DNA of 32,000 nt, from contig CAZYLT010000003.1 in the NCBI GenBank assembly GCA_964648855.1, forward strand, positions 150,001 through 182,000, read 5' to 3'. Below are positions 1-7,624 of this stretch, piece by piece. Source of the stretch: an uncultured archaeon (GTDB lineage Archaea > Asgardarchaeota > Thorarchaeia > Thorarchaeales > Thorarchaeaceae). The position numbers and the translations under genes were made by a program. The notes beneath the pieces were generated by a model that was given only the letters and a program-made list of their open reading frames with translations, was not told the origin of the DNA and did no database searches. Every line of letters starts with the position of its first letter. Within the stretch, counting starts at the first letter, position 1.

Positions 1-2
1 AT

Positions 3-608
3 GACAACAAGGAAGTAGAACAGCGAAAGAAGATGTCCGCCTTGCTAGTAGAGCTGGAGCAGGAATTCGAAGACATGTGGGACGACTGGGAAAAGAGTGA
101 AGTGGAACCGAAGGAGTTTGAAACCTCAATCTTCACAACCCTTGAGGAGTTCCCTCTGATGCCGGTGCATCTTGATTATATTGTGCGAGTAAGAGAAGCT
201 GGAAGACCCTTACCATTTCAAAATCGCGATATGGGACGAGCAATTGTTCAGGTACAAAGTGAGATTGATGGTTCTGAATCAGTGGGCAATCTTGTTAGAT
301 CTCTAGACCTTCCACGGGAAAAAGTGATAGGTTCTCTTCAGATTCTCAATAAATTCGGTTGGGTTGACTTCCAAGTGGAGATTGGTCCAACGAGTCACCT
401 GAAGAGGAGCGGAAACGTAGATTCCGATATTGTCAAAATCTATGGACCGGTAGTTTTGGAATTTGTTGAACTCTGCGATGGGAACAAACAACTTGAGGAA
501 ATTGTGAAAGAAATCAACTCCAAGGGTAAGAAACGAGCAACTGTACCTTCTATGGGTTTTGTTGCCACCAAACTGGTACTCAAGGGCGTCCTTGAAGTTG
601 TTGCGTAG
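3..608 (+). CDS. Partial (5'-truncated) hypothetical protein with two C-terminal winged-helix-like repeats; possibly longin + wHTH (NPRL2/3-like)
   Basis: Frame is open upstream of the ATG at 33 to the window edge (DNKEVEQRKK-M...). Two similar segments (IDGSESVGNLVRSLDLPREKVIGSLQILNKFGWV; CDGNKQLEEIVKEI...VATKLVLKGVL) fit a DG-x-helix-helix-G wHTH pattern. Confidence 0.7.
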   Translation, partial: DNKEVEQRKKMSALLVELEQEFEDMWDDWEKSEVEPKEFETSIFTTLEEFPLMPVHLDYIVRVREAGRPLPFQNRDMGRAIVQVQSEIDGSESVGNLVRSLDLPREKVIGSLQILNKFGWVDFQVEIGPTSHLKRSGNVDSDIVKIYGPVVLEFVELCDGNKQLEEIVKEINSKGKKRATVPSMGFVATKLVLKGVLEVVA

Positions 609-621
609 GAGCTCAAAGGTT

Positions 622-2784
622 TTAGATTTTTATTCTAATCCTTTGCCGTATATCTGGCATTGTTATACCCTTAGGTATTTCTGTTGAAGGTGTATGCACT
701 ATAATCGGTTTCCCCTTGCAGCTATCGATATACTGACTCAGATTTTCAGATGAAGAATGAGCACTCAGGCGCGCATATGCCACTTCACATTCATACGGTT
801 CAAGTCCATTCACTATATTCCATCCAGGCGTTCTTGGAGCGAGATAACCGCAAGGAATAACCGCTGCGTCGGGGTTGTTTCGGTGCTGCTTGAAGTGATA
901 CCGTGCAAGCCCGCCTCCCATCATTCCTCCACCAGCGACCAGGACATCATGCTTGTTGAGCTCTACTTTGTTCTTCTTCATACCCTCCCATCTTCCCTTC
1001 AGCCCCACCATTTTGGTTATTCTTTCCGCGAGGCCTGCTACCATCACATTTCGTTTTGAAGTAACTCCAATCTCATCCAATATCTTCAGAATCTCTTGAG
1101 ACCGCCCAACTGCAAAGCTGGGAATTATAACGGGTCCGTGTTTTTCTATTGTTTCAGACAGAAGTGTAGCCACAGCCGCACGATCAAAGTCCTCTCTTCC
1201 CCAATACGTTCCGTCAAAAATCACATAATCACAGTCAGAGGGGAGGTTTGCTCCTGGGAACAAGACAGAGGTGTCCAGATTGAAGTCTCCAGTATAAAGA
1301 ATCCGAACACCTTCAATATCGATAATATAAGCGACACTACCTGGGATATGACATGCGTCTATAGGTGTGGCTATGATTCCAGGCCCAATTTCAACACTCG
1401 TGCCTTTTTCAAGAGATACATGATTCTTTATCACGCGTGCAATGTTCTTTCCAGTGAATTTTGAAATGAGATCTCTTTTGTCTTCTCGCCTTGGAGGCAA
1501 GGGCGTTCCAACCTTAATTGCGTCTTCTAGGAGTTCCTTGGTGATTGCTCCTGTAATTCCTGTAGCACACCATTTTCCCTCGTAGGAATCAAATAGAATT
1601 GGTAATCCACCTATATGATCCAGGTGTGCATGAGATATTAGAACGCTGTCAAGAGCATTCAATTCAGGTATCCATTCTGGAATCCTTTGGTTCGCTACAG
1701 AAAGCCCAAAATCTAGGAGAACGCTTCCATTGTTAGTCTTGATTACAATCCCACTATGTCCAATTCTTGGGCCTCCAATGAATATAAGCTCAATCTCTTT
1801 GGTATCTGTAGCGTAAGCCACAGCCGGAAGCATATTCATTCTCATTTTTTCCGGAATCATCTCAAATACAACTGGGTCTATCTCCTCAGCAGGAGGCGGA
1901 TTAGGCAATTTTTGGATTCTTACAGGTAAAGTGGACGCCGAATGGCTCTGATATCCAATGTCCTTGAACAATGATCTGATTTTCTTGTGAGTTGCAGAAA
2001 TGTTTGCCTCGCCCTCTATCTTGCTACTAGCAGCTTGATATGCCTCTTGCTGTGCCTTATTGTGAATATGCTGAAGCATAGCATCCGGGAGCCATTTCTT
2101 CACTGATTCGTAGACTTCTAAGAATGGTTTTCCCCGAACCGCCTCCTCAATGTAGTCAGGATACTTGTATATTGACTCAACTAGTCTATAGTCCTCACTA
2201 GCAACCTTCTGGTTAAGATCGATATCCCATCGCAGAGTCGGTTCTATGAAATCACTAGGAGGGAAGAACGGAGTTCCCAGAAAATGGAGCCAGTAGCGAA
2301 TATTCCCTAGAAGAGAATCTTCGTCCTTGGCACTAGATGCCGCCAGCATAGATATGAGAACCTTCAGATGACTATGGATTTCATCAATATCCATCGATTT
2401 CCGAAGTGAGTATCTGTAAAGATATCGGAAGTCTTCCTCTGTATAATTTCCTACAAGTACGCCAAAAGCGCAAAGATTCATAGCTTCTACAAACGCATCT
2501 ATATCTTGCGCATCTATTTCATCTCTAAAAGTTAGCTGGAGATGGTCATGCACATTCTTGGCAATTTCCAGACAATCACTTCCAATCTCCGACTTTCTGA
2601 TAATTTCAAAAGGTAATAGTTCTGGGCTCTCATCAAATACCGTGTTATGGTGCGGTTCGAAATCTCCTTTAATGGCGGTTCTTGCGCTTTTCAGACCGTT
2701 TTCAAGAAGTACTCTGATGGTCTTATTCTGTAGGTCAGGAAGAAGATCCTCTTTCAGTTCCATGTCAGTTGGCATCCTTTTCAT
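622..2784 (-). CDS. MBL-fold beta-CASP ribonuclease with a ~330-aa unknown N-terminal helical domain
   Basis: Motifs LLDFG, SHAHLDHIGG, HIPGS, YTGDF, DGTY, PSFAVGR, GGGM, SAHS and VH in the C-terminal ~390 aa. Start could be ATG 2784, 2775 or 2763. Confidence 0.9.
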   Translation of the reverse strand: MKRMPTDMELKEDLLPDLQNKTIRVLLENGLKSARTAIKGDFEPHHNTVFDESPELLPFEIIRKSEIGSDCLEIAKNVHDHLQLTFRDEIDAQDIDAFVEAMNLCAFGVLVGNYTEEDFRYLYRYSLRKSMDIDEIHSHLKVLISMLAASSAKDEDSLLGNIRYWLHFLGTPFFPPSDFIEPTLRWDIDLNQKVASEDYRLVESIYKYPDYIEEAVRGKPFLEVYESVKKWLPDAMLQHIHNKAQQEAYQAASSKIEGEANISATHKKIRSLFKDIGYQSHSASTLPVRIQKLPNPPPAEEIDPVVFEMIPEKMRMNMLPAVAYATDTKEIELIFIGGPRIGHSGIVIKTNNGSVLLDFGLSVANQRIPEWIPELNALDSVLISHAHLDHIGGLPILFDSYEGKWCATGITGAITKELLEDAIKVGTPLPPRREDKRDLISKFTGKNIARVIKNHVSLEKGTSVEIGPGIIATPIDACHIPGSVAYIIDIEGVRILYTGDFNLDTSVLFPGANLPSDCDYVIFDGTYWGREDFDRAAVATLLSETIEKHGPVIIPSFAVGRSQEILKILDEIGVTSKRNVMVAGLAERITKMVGLKGRWEGMKKNKVELNKHDVLVAGGGMMGGGLARYHFKQHRNNPDAAVIPCGYLAPRTPGWNIVNGLEPYECEVAYARLSAHSSSENLSQYIDSCKGKPIIVHTPSTEIPKGITMPDIRQRIRIKI

Positions 2785-3847
2785 CTTTGTTTTCAGGCAC
2801 TATATCTGTCATTGCATAGAGACCCTGTCGACTATCCCTAAGAGAAACCCGCTTTTTTATGAGTCCTTCTGAGAGCAGTAGGGAGAGGGCATATCGCACT
2901 GTTCTAGGCGGAAGCATCGTTTCTTCAATGATTTGCATTTGTGTCAATTGTCCCTGATATTCTAGCATTTTGAGTACTAATTTCGCACTCGGAGGTAAAT
3001 CATGGATCAAATCCTCTGCAATCTCTGCTTTTTTCATCAGTTTTCCTCTAAGAGCCGCCACCCTTTGCTCGTCGAATTTGACAAATATGGCATCATCATC
3101 TGACTTACGAATCACAACAGGACTACCATCTACTCGGGTTCTAATCTGTCCGTCCAGAACAATCTCTGTAGGAACTGATTTGCTAAGATGACGTATTTCT
3201 ACTCGGGTTTCATCCGGAACAATGAGTGGATGTCTAGATGGATTAATGCTATTCACTGGAACAACGGCGAATACGGCTGCGGTATTGAGAACAACTGGTC
3301 CTCCAACACTCATACTGTATGCCGTACTACCGGTTGGAGTGGCTACTAAGAGGCCATCGCTACCATCGCTCCAGAAGGGTTCTCCATCAAGGTACAGCTC
3401 ATATCTAATCAGCGTGGCGCTTCTTTTTGCAAAAAGCCCAATATCATTCAGAATTGGCGGTGATGAATTGCCGGAGACAGTTGCAGTCAGCCTTGTTCGA
3501 GGATCGCTCGCCCACTTCTTGTCTAGAAGATCCTCAATAATTGTTGGGAACGAAGATACTGTCACATCGAACAGAAAATCCGGTTGCCCCTTTGAGGATA
3601 TCGGCAGAATTGGAATAGCCTTATTTCCTAGCTCAAGAAGCGTGCGCAGCAATAGTCTGTCAGATCCAATAATGGCTAGAATATCAATATCCATTTCATC
3701 CAAGTTGACTCCTTGTTCAGATATGCTATCGGCAAAGGTTGCTTCATAGAACACCTCGCCTCCACGTTTCTTGATTTCTTCAACCACTTTCTGTGCATCA
3801 TTGAGCTGTGTAGTGGTTTGACCTGCAACGATACCGATTCTCGTAAT
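2765..3847 (-). CDS. nadK: NAD(+) kinase family protein fused to a C-terminal winged helix-turn-helix domain
   Basis: ILND and SDGLLVATPTGSTAYSMSVGGP NADK signatures, LDGQ; GGDG motif reads GSDR. C-terminal LPPSAKLVLKMLEYQGQLTQ...LPPRTVRYALSLL..GLI...DSRQGLY is a wHTH. ORF track starts at GTG 3787, but the in-frame upstream RIGIVA strand and GGAGG site point to ATT 3847. Confidence 0.85.
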   Translation of the reverse strand: MTRIGIVAGQTTTQLNDAQKVVEEIKKRGGEVFYEATFADSISEQGVNLDEMDIDILAIIGSDRLLLRTLLELGNKAIPILPISSKGQPDFLFDVTVSSFPTIIEDLLDKKWASDPRTRLTATVSGNSSPPILNDIGLFAKRSATLIRYELYLDGEPFWSDGSDGLLVATPTGSTAYSMSVGGPVVLNTAAVFAVVPVNSINPSRHPLIVPDETRVEIRHLSKSVPTEIVLDGQIRTRVDGSPVVIRKSDDDAIFVKFDEQRVAALRGKLMKKAEIAEDLIHDLPPSAKLVLKMLEYQGQLTQMQIIEETMLPPRTVRYALSLLLSEGLIKKRVSLRDSRQGLYAMTDIVPENKDEKDAN

Positions 3848-4031
3848 GAAGCCTCCGGCCTTCTATTACCCATTTTCCTACTGCTGAATTATCCTTCATA
3901 AATGAACCTGCCGGAGTCAAATAAACTAGACATTTTGGCAATTATTACCGGCTTACGCAACTGCCGACAAACTTTGCCGTTTGAGATTCCGTTATAACAT
4001 GAGTTCATCGGTGTATACGTGATGTGAGTCT

Positions 4032-5006
4032 ATGGACGACGAACTCAGTGAGCTTCAAAAGAAGGTACTGGAACTAAAAGAGAAACGCAATGCATTGATT
4101 CTTGCTCATAATTATCAAACGATGGATATTCAAGAAATTGCCGATTTCACAGGCGACTCCCTTCAGTTGGCCCAGACATCCGCAGAGGTTGAAGGTTACG
4201 ATATGATTGTATTTGCGGGCGTTAGATTCATGGCCGAAATGGCTGCTATCTTGGCAAAGGATACGCCCGTATATCTTCCTGAACCTGAAGTTCCATGCCC
4301 ATTAGCTTCCTTCGTCGATGCTGAGGCTGTACGTAAGAAGAAGGAGGAATATCCAGACGTACCTATCATTGTCTACGTAAACACAACTGCTGAAACAAAA
4401 TACGAAGCAGACATGATTTGCACAAGTGGGAGTGCCGCTGAGGTCGTGGAGGCGGCTGGAACTTCTCGGGTTATTTTCGGTCCCGATTCAAACCTTGCTG
4501 ATTTTGTAAGAAAGAATACGGACATAGAAGTTATTGACCTTGAACCATCTGGTCACTGTTATGTTCATGATCGATTTACTGTCAAACAGATTGAAGATTT
4601 GAAGAAGAAATATCCGAATGCCGTTGCCATAGCTCATCCAGAATGCCCTGACGAAGTACAGAAAGCTGCTGATCTTATTGGATCAACGGGAATGATGGTC
4701 AAGACCGTTGCAGAGTCAGATGCAGATACGTTCTTGATAGCAACCGAAATGGGATTAGTAGAACAGCTGCAGAAGGACAATCCTAGAAAGACGATAATTC
4801 CCGTTTCCGAGGATGCAATCTGTTTCACTATGAAACGGAATACACTAAAGGGAATACACAATCTGCTGAAGGATTTACCCGAAGAGAATCGTGTTACTGT
4901 GCCGGACTACATGGTAGAACACATTACCCAAATCTTAGAAGAAATGAATCGTGTAAAGGGCAATGGAAAAACTGTGAAACTAGGGGTTAAAGCAACCACG
5001 AATTAG
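4032..5006 (+). CDS. nadA: Quinolinate synthase A ([4Fe-4S])
   Basis: AHNYQ, DFTGDS, GVRFMAE, YVNT, GPDSNL, HPEC and GST motifs; three cluster cysteines (PCPLA, HCYVH, ICFTMK). Confidence 0.97.
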   Translation: MDDELSELQKKVLELKEKRNALILAHNYQTMDIQEIADFTGDSLQLAQTSAEVEGYDMIVFAGVRFMAEMAAILAKDTPVYLPEPEVPCPLASFVDAEAVRKKKEEYPDVPIIVYVNTTAETKYEADMICTSGSAAEVVEAAGTSRVIFGPDSNLADFVRKNTDIEVIDLEPSGHCYVHDRFTVKQIEDLKKKYPNAVAIAHPECPDEVQKAADLIGSTGMMVKTVAESDADTFLIATEMGLVEQLQKDNPRKTIIPVSEDAICFTMKRNTLKGIHNLLKDLPEENRVTVPDYMVEHITQILEEMNRVKGNGKTVKLGVKATTN

Positions 5007-5013
5007 ACGGTTT

Positions 5014-5664
5014 TCATACCTTTTCAAGATGTGGAGGAACCTCGATCAGTTCGTTCACTACTGGTCCCTGATGACCCATCTCGCGAAATTGCTCTTCGGA
5101 AAACATTCGCGAGATAGCAATGAAATTACAATATCCAACCGACCGTTCATAGTCTTTTAGCGAATCTCCCACAAAAACCAAATCATCAACCGGAATGCCA
5201 AATTTGTCTGATACATATTCGAAATGGTCAGCTCCCTTTTCAAACCCAGGGCGATAACCAAGAATCTCGACGAAGCAATCGAGAAGCCCCTGTCGTTTGA
5301 AGTACTCGACAATGGTCGACTGAAACGTGCTCGAAGAAACGAATATGTCAATATCCATGGCTCTTATTTTCTCCAAGGTCCGCCTGGAATCGGGAAATAA
5401 CCTCTGTTGATAAATCCTATCGATTTTGAGTCTTTCGAACTCATCGATTGCATCCTCATTCTTGGGGTTCTTTGGAAAGCTGATTTTGACTTGCTGCTCA
5501 TATGGCAGACCAGTTGTTGAGCGATACTTCTCGGTTGCGTCCTTCTCTGAAACCTCGAAATACTTCCTCATTATTTCAACGCCGATTGATTCGAGGAATG
5601 GCATACTGTCTGCCAATGTTCCATCGAAATCAAAGATGACCGCAGCGCACCGGAACTTCTTCAT
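5014..5664 (-). CDS. HAD-superfamily hydrolase (phosphoglycolate phosphatase-like)
   Basis: Motif I FDFDGTLADS, motif II VSS, Lys in FEKG, motif IV FVGDS..D. Confidence 0.92.
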   Translation of the reverse strand: MKKFRCAAVIFDFDGTLADSMPFLESIGVEIMRKYFEVSEKDATEKYRSTTGLPYEQQVKISFPKNPKNEDAIDEFERLKIDRIYQQRLFPDSRRTLEKIRAMDIDIFVSSSTFQSTIVEYFKRQGLLDCFVEILGYRPGFEKGADHFEYVSDKFGIPVDDLVFVGDSLKDYERSVGYCNFIAISRMFSEEQFREMGHQGPVVNELIEVPPHLEKV

Positions 5665-5756
5665 GATGGTTTACCAATCCTGAGGTACTTTGATTTCCTT
5701 CAAAAGGAGTTACTATTAGACCATTGTGGTAATCGTACACCTCACAAGACTAAGTT

Positions 5757-6317
5757 TCAGTCCTTCCTCTTTGGTTTCTTAGTTGATGCTACTTCATCCC
5801 AATCTTCCTCATACGTTTCGATGCATCTCTTGATAGCCTTATAGGCGTCATTCAACTCTCTGATGTTTCGGATTTCTGTGTGTCCTCCCTCTTGTATCTT
5901 GTATGTGGCGTAGAAATGCCTTAGTTCGTCCATTCTACTACGAGGCAAATCAATGATGCTCTTGACATCTCGGTAGTATGGGTCATTGAGAGGAACTGCT
6001 ATGACTTTGTCATCAACATGACCTGCATCATACATCTCCATTATTCCGATAGGTCTTGCATGCACAACGCAGCCTGTGAAGGTGGGTTCGCTGACCAATA
6101 ACACAACATCAATTGGATCTCCATCTTGGTCTAATGTACGGGGAATAAATCCATAGTCAAAGGGAGCATAAGTATAAAGGACCCTGTCCAGCTTGAAGAC
6201 ACCCACTTCCGGATCGTATTCATACTTGTTTTTGCTTGCTTTAGTTAATTCGACAACCACATATATCTCTGAAGGTGGATTCGGGCCTGGTGTCAAATCA
6301 TGGATATAGTTGAACAT
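5757..6317 (-). CDS. ppa: Family I soluble inorganic pyrophosphatase
   Basis: KNKYEYD, LDRVLY, YGFIPRT, DGDPIDV, DDKVIAV, F..YK. Confidence 0.97.
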   Translation of the reverse strand: MFNYIHDLTPGPNPPSEIYVVVELTKASKNKYEYDPEVGVFKLDRVLYTYAPFDYGFIPRTLDQDGDPIDVVLLVSEPTFTGCVVHARPIGIMEMYDAGHVDDKVIAVPLNDPYYRDVKSIIDLPRSRMDELRHFYATYKIQEGGHTEIRNIRELNDAYKAIKRCIETYEEDWDEVASTKKPKRKD

Positions 6318-6454
6318 CTGATTGTTCTCCTGATATGATAGTGGGACAAAACTCCTTTTTCAATGTTGCACAAGTCCAACTGATATCTCTGACAATCTTT
6401 TATTTGTGATAAATGAGATGCTATCGTGTATCATTCGCAGGGTGTGCGACCTCA

Positions 6455-7027
6455 ATGTCAAATGATTCCGAAGACAATAACGCTGGGCTTGATGAACCTG
6501 TGGATATTGGCTCACTATTTCGAGGCACTGGCACTGTGACCTTCATCATTGAAATCGTAACTGTGATTATGATGTTCGGATCCGCAGTGGCTTATTTCAT
6601 AAGCAGGTCTGGATTTATAGAAACAATAGAGATTGATCTTGCTATACTTCTTCTTATGCTCGGTTCTATGATTACTCTCTTCATTTTCCTTGGAGCTATT
6701 GGTTTCTTCATTCGGTTTAGCAGAAGAATCAGTAGAGCAATAGTTGGTCCGGGAATTGAAAAAGTTGACCTCAATCAACCTCGCGTAAAGACTGTGGTTA
6801 TTATCTATGGATTGGCAGTTGGACTTATCCTCATCATGGGTATGTATGCTTTCTGGCTCCTCTGGAAATATGTCCTAGCCGCACCTGCATCAACCTCACT
6901 CAGTATCTTTGGCTTTTCTTTAGGACTTGGTGCCTTCGTGGTCGCATTTCTCATTCAAGTAGTTATTTTCGCGTTGGGACGAACCGCCACAAGAATTATT
7001 GAAGCTGTGCTTACTACTAAGGATTGA
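6455..7027 (+). CDS. Hypothetical integral membrane protein (4 TM helices)
   Basis: Four hydrophobic segments. ATG 6455 follows GGTG; the ORF track start is 6413. Confidence 0.8.
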   Translation: MSNDSEDNNAGLDEPVDIGSLFRGTGTVTFIIEIVTVIMMFGSAVAYFISRSGFIETIEIDLAILLLMLGSMITLFIFLGAIGFFIRFSRRISRAIVGPGIEKVDLNQPRVKTVVIIYGLAVGLILIMGMYAFWLLWKYVLAAPASTSLSIFGFSLGLGAFVVAFLIQVVIFALGRTATRIIEAVLTTKD

Positions 7028-7289
7028 ACCATCCATATGTGTCATGGTGAAACTTAACTAGCAGTTGTCATATCCTCAGAACCAGTGGAGATGGAACATT
7101 GTATCCCCACGCCCGAAAACTATCATAGAATATCGGGTTTGTAATCGTGCTCTCAAGATTATTTTTAGAGTTTCTGGGAATCCACCTACATATGATGGCG
7201 TTGCAGCTGCAGCTCTCATCGGTGGTGTGATACTCATCGCAGGAGCTTGTGAGGTCTTGGTTATCTCAGTAGAGCGAATATCTAGCACT

Positions 7290-7523
7290 CTAGAAGTGAT
7301 TATAGTCTCCAAGTTTCTGAACCTTGATGATGGCGTCGATGAGAACATACTCATCCGCTTCTCTATTTTGCTTGTGAGCGATAGCAACGGCATCCTCACC
7401 AACCTCGCAGATGAACCCTTCCGCTATGATGTTCATGGGATAACCAAAAAAGCGTATGCGCTGGTTCTCATCAGCTGCTCTGTTGAGTATACTCTTCAGA
7501 GTTATTTGATTCTCTGTGGTCAT
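7290..7523 (-). CDS. Small hypothetical protein, possible Sm/LSm- or SH3-like beta-barrel
   Basis: 77 aa, N-terminal helix then beta pattern (AEGFICEVGEDAVAI...EYVLIDAIIKV). TATA-like CTTATGA about 25-30 nt upstream suggests a leaderless mRNA. Confidence 0.7.
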   Translation of the reverse strand: MTTENQITLKSILNRAADENQRIRFFGYPMNIIAEGFICEVGEDAVAIAHKQNREADEYVLIDAIIKVQKLGDYNHF

Positions 7524-7563
7524 ACAGCTGCATTAGACATAATTTGTCATAAGTTTTGCAGAA

Positions 7564-7606
7564 CAAAAGAGAAAAGAGGGACCCAGAAATTATTGCTCTC
7601 TGGGTC
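7564..7606 (-). terminator. Hairpin + pyrimidine tract after kbl
   Basis: GACCCAGA/TCTGGGTC 8-bp stem (7580-7606), followed on the minus strand by CCTCTTTTCTCTTTT. Confidence 0.6.
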
Positions 7607-7624
7607 ATCGAATCATTTTCTATC

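Noticed and set aside
3676-3873. 65-aa ORF overlapping the nadK 5' end, considered as the true N-terminus via a frameshift
   Set aside because: The NADK-like first strand (RIGIVA) is already in the main frame, and this peptide shows no NADK features.
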